In this document: positions 20,637 through 30,144 of the stretch, piece by piece
Layout of the letters: each line of letters begins with the position of its first letter
Position numbering within the stretch: position 1 is the first letter of the stretch
IMG/VR virus record: IMGVR_UViG_3300031867_004305
Coordinates: 117,043-181,042 of that record
Direction: 5' to 3' (one strand)
From: a virus
Lineage: Duplodnaviria; Caudoviricetes
Length of the DNA stretch: 64,000 bases
Position numbers and translations under genes: made by a program
Notes under the pieces: model-generated
Seen by the model: only the letters and a program-made list of their open reading frames with translations
Databases searched by the model: none
Told to the model about the DNA's origin: nothing

Positions 20637-20710
20637 GGGGTATTAGTTCAATAGTAGAACACGACCCTTGCAAGGTTGAAACAGCGGAGCGTTACCGCTA
20701 TACTCCACCA
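20637..20710 (+). tRNA. tRNA-Ala(UGC)
   Basis: G3:U70 pair; CTTGCAA loop; non-canonical T-loop AGCGTTA; ACCA. Confidence 0.85.
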
Positions 20711-20815
20711 GGAGGTACGAAAGCACGGTGCCAAGCCCCAAGCAGCGTCATGAACTGTACAGTGCCTTGTGTGTTTCCTATTTCCACAAGTAAAGCTAAA
20801 AAAAATAGGACGCGT

Positions 20816-20890
20816 GTACCATTCGTTCAGTGGATAGGACACCTGACTACGGATCAGGAAACAGGAGTTCAAATCTTCTATGGTACGCCA
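20816..20890 (+). tRNA. tRNA-Arg(ACG)
   Basis: CCTGA-CTACGGA-TCAGG; GCCA. Confidence 0.92.
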
Positions 20891-20893
20891 CAA

Positions 20894-20961
20894 CTAGACA
20901 CGTACAGCAATCTTTTCTATACTACCTGCGCCATTTTTGCTGGAAATTAGAATGTGTCTAG
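20894..20961 (+). ncRNA. CAGCAA-family stem RNA 2
   Basis: CTAGACACG-TACAGCAA ... TGTGTCTAG, filling the spacer between two tRNAs. Confidence 0.65.
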
Positions 20962-20965
20962 ATTT

Positions 20966-21039
20966 AGGAGTTTAGTGTAATGGTAGCATACCGGTCTCCA
21001 ACACCGTTGGTGAGGGTTCAAATCCTTCAACTCCTGCCA
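20966..21039 (+). tRNA. tRNA-Trp(CCA)
   Basis: CTCCAAC loop; GCCA end. Confidence 0.9.
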
Positions 21040-21470
21040 TTAGGTTCCTCCTGTAAAAATCCTTCTGTTCGCGACAGTGAAAAGGGGTGGTTGGGGCTAG
21101 TAATATAAGCAAAGTAGAACTTATATTGCGTGTTCGCCATTAAAGAACGCTGGGAGTTCTCTTACCCCATAAGGTAGTCCGGAATACTCACAAGATTCGC
21201 TCGGTAACTAATTTTATCGTAACTTGAAATTAGCGGTAGTCAACCTCGTAAGTGTTGGACGTGTTGGCCTACGAATAGAAGCTACCAGTCTTCAGGTAAA
21301 TGGAGAATGAGGTGCCCGGGTGGGCGTGCCAACCAAGAGTAGAAAGAGGCACAATGGAGTATACACAACGCGAGTGTTTATTCCTACTGTTACTCGCGGC
21401 AGGTAGGATGATAGAACTGATGGATTGAGGCCCGGAGGTATTGATTCTGAACTTGCTGCGAGATTTATAC
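21040..21470 (+). ncRNA. Unassigned structured ncRNA candidate (~430 nt)
   Basis: No credible ORF; GC-enriched; several hairpins (GTAATATAAG/CTTATATTGC, CGCGAGT/ACTCGCG). Confidence 0.5.
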
Positions 21471-21619
21471 CGATCCCTAGCTCAGTAGGTCTAGAGCAGC
21501 GGCCTTCACGAAGTACAATCAAGTAGATGGTCTGAAATTACTCAGGCGGGTGACAGGTTCAAATCCTTCCTTCGTGACCAATAAGCCGTGTGTCCTGGGT
21601 TCGAGTCCCAGGGGATCGA
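21471..21619 (+). tRNA. tRNA-Ile(UAU) interrupted in the anticodon by a 74-nt tRNA-like insert (21507-21580)
   Basis: CGATCCC/GGGATCG acceptor, D and T arms intact; GCGGC-CTT[insert]ATAA-GCCGT. Confidence 0.8.
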
Positions 21620-21699
21620 GAGATACATAAACTCAGCCTTCACGTGGCGTATCTTGTTTTCACTAATGGGTTTACTTTATAAAAAGGAGGTATTTAATT

Positions 21700-22338
21700 A
21701 TGCCATACATTTATAAAATTGTAAATGATATTAATAATAAAATATATGTTGGGAAAACATTGAAAACAGTTCAAGAAAGATGGAAGCAGCATTTATATGA
21801 TTATGATAAAAAAAGAAATGAAAAACGACCTTTATATGATGCTATGTTAAAATATGGTCCTAATCATTTTCATATAGAAGAATTAGAAAATGTTTTAGAC
21901 GCGACTTTATTAAATGAACGCGAAAAATATTGGATTGAATTTTTACATTCTTTTCAAGATGGGTATAACGCCACATGCGGCGGAGATGGGACCCCATATG
22001 CTGATTATGCATTAATCTATGAATTATATACAATTCATAACTTAACATTTGAAAAAATTCAAAATATAACTAATTATGATATGCGTACTATACGTGCTGC
22101 TATTATGAGTTGTGGTATTTCAAAAGAAAATATTGAAAAAATCCGCTTACAAAGATTAAGAAAGCCTGTAATGCAGTTAGATATAAAAACAGAAGAAATT
22201 TTAAAAATTTTTCCTAGTTGTACTGCTGCACAGCGTGAAGTTAGTAATAATCCAAATGATTATTCTGGTACTCATATTTCTGCTGTATGCCGTGGCAAAA
22301 GACGTACTGCCTATGGTTATAAATGGAAATACTTGTAA
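21700..22338 (+). CDS. GIY-YIG homing endonuclease with NUMOD1-like C-terminus
   Basis: YIYKI.N.IN.KIYVGKT...R...H...E...GYN.T.GG; terminal ISAVCRGKRRTAYGYKW. Confidence 0.88.
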   Translation: MPYIYKIVNDINNKIYVGKTLKTVQERWKQHLYDYDKKRNEKRPLYDAMLKYGPNHFHIEELENVLDATLLNEREKYWIEFLHSFQDGYNATCGGDGTPYADYALIYELYTIHNLTFEKIQNITNYDMRTIRAAIMSCGISKENIEKIRLQRLRKPVMQLDIKTEEILKIFPSCTAAQREVSNNPNDYSGTHISAVCRGKRRTAYGYKWKYL

Positions 22339-22409
22339 GCACTAGTGGGAGAATGGTTATCCGGAAGTCTGCAAAACTTCATAAGCCAGTTCAATTCTGG
22401 CCTAGTGCT
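22339..22409 (+). tRNA. tRNA-Cys(GCA), CCA not encoded
   Basis: GAAGT-CTGCAAA-ACTTC; U discriminator. Confidence 0.88.
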
Positions 22410-22429
22410 CTAAAAAGGAGAAAGATTTT

Positions 22430-22624
22430 ATGGCAATAAGAGTTATTAAACACGGACTTGATTTTTTAAATGCAGAGTGCCCGAAATGTAAATGTTTATT
22501 TGAATTTACAATTGAAGATATGGAAACCTACTCTACTGGTATAGACAAAATTGAACAAATTAGATGCCCTGATTGCAATTATCCAATGAAATGGTGGTAT
22601 GGAGAAAAATCAGGACGAACATAA
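22430..22624 (+). CDS. Small zinc-ribbon protein
   Basis: CPKC...CPDC; paralogue of 31502-31705. Confidence 0.6.
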   Translation: MAIRVIKHGLDFLNAECPKCKCLFEFTIEDMETYSTGIDKIEQIRCPDCNYPMKWWYGEKSGRT

Positions 22625-22658
22625 ATTATTATATTTCAAAATTAAAATTACCACTTAC

Positions 22659-22688
22659 AAAACGCACGGGAAACCGTGCGTTTTTTCT
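22659..22688 (+). terminator. Intrinsic terminator
   Basis: CGCACGG-GAAA-CCGTGCG followed by T-run. Confidence 0.8.
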
Positions 22689-22913
22689 ATTTGACTTCTA
22701 GTAGAAATTATAGTATAATTATTATATAAAAGAAAAGGAGCATTTTTATGAACGTTATTTTTATTTCCCCTGACAATAATCGAGAAACTTTTAAAAATAT
22801 TCATAATTTTGAAGAGAAGAAAGAAGGAGTATCTTTCTATAATAATATAAATGACTATTGGTTCATAAGATATAGTGCTTTCAAGGCTTTTATCCTTTCG
22901 GAGGTAAAGAACA

Positions 22914-23375
22914 ATGACACTTGACGAATGTAGAGTGGAAACTCAAAAGCACATTGAAAAGGTGCGTAAGTATATCCGCTTTTTTACTGATAAGTTAACT
23001 ACTCGTGGCGAAAATCATGATGCTAGCAAATTAGATACTCCAGAAATTGAACTATTTGCCGAGCATACTGAACGTCTAAATGAAATTGAATATGGCTCTG
23101 ATGAATATAAGGCGGAATTAGAAGCTTTGAAGCCCGCTTTGGATCATCATTACGCTGTCAATTCTCACCATCCAGAGCACTGGCCAAATGGTGTGAATGA
23201 TATGTCATTATGGGATATTTGTGAAATGTTTTGCGACTGGAAAGCATCTGCTGAACGAGTACGTGCGGGTAATATTTTAAAATCTATTGAAACAAACGCA
23301 GAGCGTTTTAAAATTGATAATCAATTAAAGCAGATTTTAATAAATACCGCTCGTTTGATGGAGGAACATGAATAA
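22914..23375 (+). CDS. DUF5662-like (HD-related) protein
   Basis: HDASKL...HHY..N.HHPEHW...EMFCDW motifs. Confidence 0.7.
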   Translation: MTLDECRVETQKHIEKVRKYIRFFTDKLTTRGENHDASKLDTPEIELFAEHTERLNEIEYGSDEYKAELEALKPALDHHYAVNSHHPEHWPNGVNDMSLWDICEMFCDWKASAERVRAGNILKSIETNAERFKIDNQLKQILINTARLMEEHE

Positions 23376-23509
23376 AGAACTCACTCATGATTTTATAAAA
23401 TTTGTGATGGAAAATTATGGAATACGACTAACAATGACTGAATCAGATGGTGAAAAGTTTGAAGAACTTTTTCCTGATTTAGCCACGGTATTAGAAAAGG
23501 AGAAAGAAA

Positions 23510-24058
23510 ATGATAACTCATAATGATGGTTCTATTGAAATTGAAATACCCGATTTACATATACCAGAATCAGAAGTAGATAGTATTACTCGCAATTTTC
23601 TTCATTCACGCGATGTAAAGACTATTGAAACTAAAATTGAAGATTTAAGGCAAACACTTCTGTCATTGGAAAATAATAATAATCGTCTTCAAAAGCGTTT
23701 CAATGAAATCTATGATGAAAAGTGGAAAGACAATGAACTTATGGAAATGAAGCTAAAAATGGAGCGTGCAATTCGTGAACGAAGCTATGGCTTCCCGCTA
23801 ACTGAAGAGCAACGAAATCGCTCCTATGATTGGCAACGTAAACATGATACAGAAGTTCATTCTAATCCAGAAGGCTATCATGGAGCATCTGGCGGCGGCT
23901 TCTCATACACTTTCTATCCTACCGGCTTAGGTACAACTTGTGATTGCTTTTGTAATCAATGTAAGGCAAAGGCAATTCGTGAGGCCGGTGCAAAATGGTA
24001 TGACAGATGCAAGGAACTTGGCGGTGTTTGTGAAGTCGTTGGATGGGAGGCTTTCTAA
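23510..24058 (+). CDS. Hypothetical protein
   Basis: ORF with RBS; GASGGGFSYTFYPTGLG. Confidence 0.6.
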   Translation: MITHNDGSIEIEIPDLHIPESEVDSITRNFLHSRDVKTIETKIEDLRQTLLSLENNNNRLQKRFNEIYDEKWKDNELMEMKLKMERAIRERSYGFPLTEEQRNRSYDWQRKHDTEVHSNPEGYHGASGGGFSYTFYPTGLGTTCDCFCNQCKAKAIREAGAKWYDRCKELGGVCEVVGWEAF

Positions 24059-24239
24059 TTGATTTGGGATGATAATTTATATGACGCGATGAAAGATGTA
24101 TATGACTATGCCTATCGCGTTTTTTTTGGAAAAGCACCCATAGATGTTACTTATCGTGTGAATTATGGCAGTAGAGGAGCAGAACAAAAAGTTTTACAGT
24201 ATATTTGGAACACTTATATTGAACCGAAGGGAGAAAATA

Positions 24240-24821
24240 ATGAGTAATATTTATTTCAGTAGTGACTTGCATTTTTGTCATAACCGCGGTTTTCTTTATG
24301 AGCCACGCGGTTTTTCATCTATCGAAGAACATGACTCTGCCATTATTGAAAACTGGAATAAAATAGTTAAAAATAATGATGTTGTTTTTCTACTTGGTGA
24401 TTTAATGCTTAATGATAATGTAAATGGTATTAAAAAATTAAATAAATTAAATGGCACGATATATTACATACGAGGAAACCATTGCTCAAATGCGCGTTGC
24501 GTCCTATACGAAGAACAAACTAATATGATTCCGCTATGTAATAATTTCTTTAGTAGTTGGGCTTCATTAGAAAAAATCAAAGGATATAATTTGTATTTAT
24601 CTCATTATCCAACTATAATTGGCTCATTAAAAGATATGACGCCATTAAACAAGAGATTAATAAATCTTCATGGTCATCTTCATAGTAAAAATAAATTCTA
24701 TCAAGATATTCCTTTTATGTATAATGTAGCACTTGACGCACATAATAACGCGCCCGTATCATTTGATGAAATTATTTCAGATATTGAAGCAAAAGCAAAT
24801 GAATGTATTGCTATGCTATAA
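24240..24821 (+). CDS. Calcineurin-like metallophosphoesterase
   Basis: SDLHFCH, LGD, GNH, SHYP, HGHLH motifs. Confidence 0.88.
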   Translation: MSNIYFSSDLHFCHNRGFLYEPRGFSSIEEHDSAIIENWNKIVKNNDVVFLLGDLMLNDNVNGIKKLNKLNGTIYYIRGNHCSNARCVLYEEQTNMIPLCNNFFSSWASLEKIKGYNLYLSHYPTIIGSLKDMTPLNKRLINLHGHLHSKNKFYQDIPFMYNVALDAHNNAPVSFDEIISDIEAKANECIAML

Positions 24822-25129
24822 GGAGATAATATGATTTACGAGGGGCCTTATGTACTTATTTTAATTATCCTATTAGGGATAGGCGCTAGTTTATTATTGA
24901 CTGGTTTTATGAATAGTTAATCAAGGAGGAAATATGGGATTACCATTTATTTTTGGGAAAAAGAAAACAGAAGAAACCCCTGATATTACTAATGAAGAAT
25001 TAGAGAAAATATTAAAATCTGCTCCTGTAATATCTTCAAATACAATAAAACCAGAAGTTATAAGTTTAACTACTTCACGTGAATTAAAGTATTTAAAGAA
25101 ACGAATATGGAAATTCTATCATAAATAAT

Positions 25130-25158
25130 TTGACTTTTACTAAAAAATCTGCTATAAT
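25130..25158 (+). promoter_or_regulatory. sigmaA-type promoter of the DUF2828 gene
   Basis: TTGACT-17 bp-TATAAT with TG extension. Confidence 0.85.
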
Positions 25159-25222
25159 AATATTGTAAGAAAGAAACGAGCCCTAGTCCAGGGCTGACCA
25201 AATGAAAAGGAGAAAATAAATT

Positions 25223-26758
25223 ATGAATCGTCTTTACAATGCTATGGCTTCTCAGAACACCTACAAGACTACCGAGAATGGTGCTATCGCACGCACCACG
25301 ACCAGCTCTAAGCTATATGACCTCTTCTCTTTCGGCGCGGCTTACCGTCAGCGTACCGAGAGTGATTGCGTGCTACTATTTAAGGAGGCATATAAGGAAA
25401 GTCCTATGTATGCCCTAAAGTGCCTGTTCTATATCCGCGATATTCGCGGCGGACAGGGTGAGCGTCGTTTCTTCCGCACTTGCCTGCATTGGCTTGCGGA
25501 TTATGACCGCAATGCCGTACTACGCAATCTTGACCAGATTGCTGAGTATGGCCGCTGGGATGACCTATATGCCCTAGTGGGGACTTCTTGTGAACATGAT
25601 GCTCTTTATGCTCTTGGCAAGCAGCTTGCCCTTGATTACAAGACCAAGGGTGCTATTTCCCTTGCCGGTAAGTGGGCAGCTTCAGAGAACGCTTCTTCTG
25701 CCAAGACTAAGCGTTATGGTCGTCTAACTGCTCATACTATGGGTCTAACTTCTCGTCAATATCGCAAGGTGCTTTCTACCCTTCGTGAGCGTATTCGTGT
25801 TCTGGAGCGACTTATGTCCGCAAATCGTTGGAATGAGATTGAATTTGACAAGATTCCTTCTCGTGCTGGCCTAATCTACAAGAACGCTTTTGCACGCCGT
25901 GATATCATCAAGGCGAAGTATGAGTCTTTTGCAAAGGATAAGACTACCAAGGTTAACGCGGCAGCCCTCTATCCTTACGATGTCGTAGCTAAGGCAATTA
26001 AGCTGATGGGCTCTGACAGCTGGTATGGCCGTGGTAATCATGTTGCTCTTGACAATACCGATCGTCTAATGATTAACAAGTATTGGGAGAATCTTGTTGA
26101 TTATCTGACTGGTGCTCCACTAAATGCGGTGGTAGTGGCTGATACAAGCGGAAGTATGTGTTCAGGTGCTAATAGTGTGGCTCCAATTGATGTTGCTGTT
26201 TCTTTGGCTCTATACGCGGCCGAACGTATGCGTGGTCCTTTTGCCAATCATTATATTTCTTTTAGCCGTAAGGCTCGTTTAATCGAGACTACTGGCGTGG
26301 ATTTTTGTGATAAGGTAGATAGGATTGTAAGGACGAATCTATGTGAAAATACGAATTTAGCTTCCGTATTTGACCTTATCCTAAGTACTGCTTGTCACTA
26401 TAATCTATCTCAAAAGGATATGCCAGAAAGCATTATTATTGTAACAGATATGGAAGTAGATTCCGCACAGGGTTATTCTTCTTGGGGACGAGCACCTGAA
26501 TATGGACACGGCGGTAAGGGAATTCAAACCTTTATGGATAAGATGCGTAGTCGTTGGACTGACGCAGGATATAAAATGCCAAAAATTGTATTTTGGAACG
26601 TAAACGCACGAAATAATACAATTTTGGATGATGGCCCTGATGTTACTAATGTCAGCGGTTGCTCACCGGTTCTATTTGAATCTATCCTATCTGGAAAAAG
26701 TTCTTATGATCTTATGATGGATAAGCTAAATAGTAATCGTTATAAGCCAATTCATTAA
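25223..26758 (+). CDS. DUF2828-family TROVE/Ro60-like protein with C-terminal vWA domain
   Basis: TENGA, RDIRGGQGERRFF, EYGRWDDL, KW motifs; MIDAS DTSGSM; TDME; FWNVN. Confidence 0.82.
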   Translation: MNRLYNAMASQNTYKTTENGAIARTTTSSKLYDLFSFGAAYRQRTESDCVLLFKEAYKESPMYALKCLFYIRDIRGGQGERRFFRTCLHWLADYDRNAVLRNLDQIAEYGRWDDLYALVGTSCEHDALYALGKQLALDYKTKGAISLAGKWAASENASSAKTKRYGRLTAHTMGLTSRQYRKVLSTLRERIRVLERLMSANRWNEIEFDKIPSRAGLIYKNAFARRDIIKAKYESFAKDKTTKVNAAALYPYDVVAKAIKLMGSDSWYGRGNHVALDNTDRLMINKYWENLVDYLTGAPLNAVVVADTSGSMCSGANSVAPIDVAVSLALYAAERMRGPFANHYISFSRKARLIETTGVDFCDKVDRIVRTNLCENTNLASVFDLILSTACHYNLSQKDMPESIIIVTDMEVDSAQGYSSWGRAPEYGHGGKGIQTFMDKMRSRWTDAGYKMPKIVFWNVNARNNTILDDGPDVTNVSGCSPVLFESILSGKSSYDLMMDKLNSNRYKPIH

Positions 26759-26781
26759 AAGACGGATTATTCCGTCTTTTT
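26757..26781 (+). terminator. Intrinsic terminator
   Basis: AAAAGACGGA-TTAT-TCCGTCTTTTT. Confidence 0.75.
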
Positions 26782-26798
26782 ATTTAGGATGTGATTCT

Positions 26799-27542
26799 AT
26801 GGGAAGGCCCGCTAAAGATTTAACAAATCAAAGATTTCAACGATTATTAGTAATTAAGCGTGATGGTTCTACAGCTGATGGTCATGCTAAATGGTTATGT
26901 TTATGTAACTGCGGTAATTATATAAGTGTATCATCCAATAGTTTAAAACGCGGTGATACTAAATCTTGTGGATGCTTAAATAAAGATGTAGCAAGAGAAA
27001 AAGGTAGACAATCTTATAAAGATCTCACTAATAAACGTTTTAATAAACTAATTGCTAAAGAATATTTAGGAAGTAATAATAAAGGAAGTGGTTTATGGAG
27101 ATGCGAATGTGATTGTGGAAATAATAATTTTATTACAACGTCGCACCATTTAATTAGCAGCAATACGCAAAGCTGTGGTTGCTTAAAATCAAAAGGAGAA
27201 GCAAATATAAAACAACTACTTATAAATAATAATATTAATTTTATTTCACAATATTACTTTAAAGATTTATATTATGAAAGTAATATACCTGTTCGATTTG
27301 ATTTTTATTTACCCGATTATAACCGATTAATTGAATTTGATGGTATTCAACATTATACTTCTGGCGGTGGATGGAACACCGCTGAATTATTTAAACGCAA
27401 TAAAAAACACGACGAAATTAGAAACCAATATGCCCTTTCCCACAACATTCCTCTCGTTCGCATACCATATTGGGAACGTGATAATATTACTCTTGAAATG
27501 TTATTTAGTGATGAATATTTAGTGAAAGAAGAAGATGAATGA
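26799..27542 (+). CDS. Putative homing endonuclease (Zn-binding repeats + Vsr/DUF559-like nuclease)
   Basis: Two DLT..RF..L...W.C.C.CG...SCGC repeats; RFDFYLP...IEFDGIQH. Confidence 0.75.
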   Translation: MGRPAKDLTNQRFQRLLVIKRDGSTADGHAKWLCLCNCGNYISVSSNSLKRGDTKSCGCLNKDVAREKGRQSYKDLTNKRFNKLIAKEYLGSNNKGSGLWRCECDCGNNNFITTSHHLISSNTQSCGCLKSKGEANIKQLLINNNINFISQYYFKDLYYESNIPVRFDFYLPDYNRLIEFDGIQHYTSGGGWNTAELFKRNKKHDEIRNQYALSHNIPLVRIPYWERDNITLEMLFSDEYLVKEEDE

Positions 27543-27612
27543 AAATTCATCTTCTTTTTTATTGACTAAATATAAAAATTATAGTATAATAATTATAGAA
27601 AGGATGAGGAAT

Positions 27613-27969
27613 ATGAATTATTATATCTATCTTGATGATGTACGCGAAGATGATACTTGGTTTCGGCAACATTTAAATACAGAGCATTGGATTCCTTGCG
27701 TTGTTCGTTCCTATGATGAAGTAATTCATGTTCTCAATCATATGCGAGATTATATGAATGAGAATGAAGTGCTTATTCTTGACCTCGACCACGACCTTGG
27801 CGAAACTGAAGAAGGCTATAATGAACTCGCGCGCACAGGATATGACGTTTGTAAGTGGATTGTTGAAAACGATTTTCAAAATCTTTACTTTCATATACAT
27901 AGTATGAACCCCGTTGGGTCTGCAAATATGCGGCAACTTCTTACTCATTATGGATATAAGGAGATTTAG
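27613..27969 (+). CDS. Cyclic-phosphate-processing receiver domain protein
   Basis: IYLDDVR...LDHDLG...GYDVCKWI...IHSMNPVG signature. Confidence 0.75.
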   Translation: MNYYIYLDDVREDDTWFRQHLNTEHWIPCVVRSYDEVIHVLNHMRDYMNENEVLILDLDHDLGETEEGYNELARTGYDVCKWIVENDFQNLYFHIHSMNPVGSANMRQLLTHYGYKEI

Positions 27970-27970
27970 T

Positions 27971-28189
27971 ATGAAAAATCCTTGGGAAGATTGTACTCAT
28001 TATGATGGCTGGAATGGGTTTGAAGGAGCGGTAGTAAAACATGACCGTGGTATTTGGTCTGATGAAGTGTTTGATAATTGGTTAAGTGAATATTGTGAAC
28101 GTTGCCCATTCTTTGCGAGTGGAGAGGCTTGTGTATATGGAGACAAAGATGTTATGAAAATGATGAAAAACAAATATGAGGAAATTTAA
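27971..28189 (+). CDS. Hypothetical Cys-rich protein
   Basis: ORF in operon context. Confidence 0.5.
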   Translation: MKNPWEDCTHYDGWNGFEGAVVKHDRGIWSDEVFDNWLSEYCERCPFFASGEACVYGDKDVMKMMKNKYEEI

Positions 28190-28397
28190 TATGTGGAAAA
28201 AAGTAAAGGATTGCGAAACTCTTTCAATACAAGCCCTTGCAGCTATGGCACTCGTAGAAAAGAAAAATAATCGTTTAATTACTTGGTCTACTAGTGACGG
28301 ATTAATTCATTTATGCTCTTTTGAAACTTTAGCACAAATCAAAGAAACTGAAATAGAATCCAATACAAAATTTACTCTATGGGAGAAAAAATAAAGT

Positions 28398-29048
28398 ATG
28401 AGAAAGTATGAAAAGATTGATACTCTCTATCAAAGAGACACAACCGGAACTAAAAAGTTGCTTCCGGGAGTATTTCGTGATCCTACCGTAGAATATCTCA
28501 GCGACAATAATTGGATTTGGACTGAAAAGGTTGATGGCACTAATATCCGTGTATGTTGGGATGGCCATACTGTAACCTTTGGCGGCCGCACCGATAATGC
28601 TGCTATTCCCGCAGAACTTGTTACTCGTTTGAATGAGTTGTTCGGTGGAGAAACAAATGCTCAAATTTTTGAACAGGTTTTCGGCGATAAGGAAGTCATT
28701 CTTTTCGGTGAAGGCTATGGTCGCAAGATTCAAAAGGGCGGTGGAAAGTATATTCCCGACGGCGTAGATTTTATTCTTTTTGATGTGCTTATTGGCGACA
28801 ATTATCAAGAACGAGAATGGGTAGAAGAAACTGCCACAATGTTTGGAATTAAAGCTGTTCCTATTGTTGGCACTGGTAGTCTATATGCCGCAGGAGAGTA
28901 TGTAAAAACCCATCCTAATTCTGTAATTGCAGAAGAGCCGCGTGAAATGGAAGGAGTAGTATGTCGTCCTGCAATTGAACTACGCAATCGTCGCGGCGAG
29001 CGTATAATCGTAAAAATCAAATGGGAAGATATGAAGGAGCTAGTATAA
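28398..29048 (+). CDS. ATP-dependent RNA ligase (Rnl2-like nucleotidyltransferase core)
   Basis: Motif I EKVDGTN, III FGEGYG, IIIa FILFDV, IV EGVVCR, V IVKIK. Confidence 0.85.
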   Translation: MRKYEKIDTLYQRDTTGTKKLLPGVFRDPTVEYLSDNNWIWTEKVDGTNIRVCWDGHTVTFGGRTDNAAIPAELVTRLNELFGGETNAQIFEQVFGDKEVILFGEGYGRKIQKGGGKYIPDGVDFILFDVLIGDNYQEREWVEETATMFGIKAVPIVGTGSLYAAGEYVKTHPNSVIAEEPREMEGVVCRPAIELRNRRGERIIVKIKWEDMKELV

Positions 29049-29050
29049 TT

Positions 29051-29260
29051 ATGCTAATACGTTATGAAGTAGAGTTTTGGGATGAAATGGATCATCAAAT
29101 ACGAGCAGAGAAGGGTTTAACAGCAAGCGTCTCTACTCTAGGAGAAGGCGTAGATAAAATTGCTGAATATTATGGTAAAAGTAATATCAGTTTTATTAAA
29201 GTATATGAATGTGAAGATTGTATTTGTGATGAAGAACTAAAAGATTTACTAGAAGATTAG
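29051..29260 (+). CDS. Hypothetical protein
   Basis: ORF with RBS. Confidence 0.5.
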   Translation: MLIRYEVEFWDEMDHQIRAEKGLTASVSTLGEGVDKIAEYYGKSNISFIKVYECEDCICDEELKDLLED

Positions 29261-29263
29261 TAT

Positions 29264-29292
29264 TTGACTTTTATTAAAAATTCTGATATAAT
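29264..29292 (+). promoter_or_regulatory. sigmaA-type promoter for tRNA-Met and the large ncRNA
   Basis: TTGACT-17 bp-TATAAT. Confidence 0.85.
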
Positions 29293-29328
29293 TATTATAC
29301 AAGGTGAGGGAAAGAGCCCTCACAACGA

Positions 29329-29406
29329 TGCGGGATCGCCAAGTTGGTTAAGGCACGAGCCTCATAAACTCGTTACGCGTGGGTCCGAGTCCCACTCCCG
29401 CAACCA
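29329..29406 (+). tRNA. tRNA-Met(CAU)
   Basis: TGCGGGA/TCCCGCA acceptor; CTCATAA loop; ACCA. Confidence 0.85.
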
Positions 29407-29412
29407 CCAACG

Positions 29413-30144
29413 AACAGGCGTTGTAAAATATCCTGTGTCCGCAAGAGTGATTGATACTAGTCTAAGTGGTCTCAACGGCGGAATATAAATAGGCAAAACC
29501 AAATTAGTATTGTATTAAATGAGCGGTGTTTAATGGGAACTGGAAATTACACACGGAAGCCCTGAGCGGGAGTACTACCGCAAGTTCTGCTATATGGGAG
29601 CAGACGCTCATTTAAAGCAACCGGTTGATTTACGTAATTAAGTCGTTAGGAGCGACATGAGCAGCAATGCGGTAATACCGGTGCACCGGTAGCAAAGTTA
29701 CCCTGGCTCCCCAGATGGCGCACTGGGTTATCAAAGGGCCGCTTGGCACCCTATCCCGAGCGTCTTCGTCGCGGTGCTAGAAACTCGCCCCATTAGCTGA
29801 GGGTCGAGGCAAAGAGGGAACGTTGTTGGTGGTAACGGTGAAGATTCGCCCGGTATTCTAGGCTTGCCGTAAAAGTGGTGGGTATACACACCACAGTCTA
29901 AACCCCAGTATATGTTGCGAACGACCTGGGTAAACAAAGTCGTTAGTTGGCGTCTTATCCCAAGCCTTTACGCGGCGACGCTATAAGTACCAAGAAGCAT
30001 TTTTAATGCTGGGCGTGAAACAAAGAGGGAACTAGGAGGCTGTGACCAAGGGTGATGTGGTCTGACAGTCCGAGTAATGACCGTTGAAGTCATTCGGTCG
30101 GTAGCAGGGCTCGGCCGTTACAACAGTGGATGCATACGCTTGTT
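29413..30144 (+). ncRNA. Large structured ncRNA candidate (~730 nt)
   Basis: End-to-end pairing AACAGGCGT/ACGCTTGTT; many internal helices; no credible ORF. Confidence 0.65.

Noticed and set aside
21507-21580. Group I intron or archaeal BHB intron
   Set aside because: Too short for a catalytic core; no clear bulge-helix-bulge
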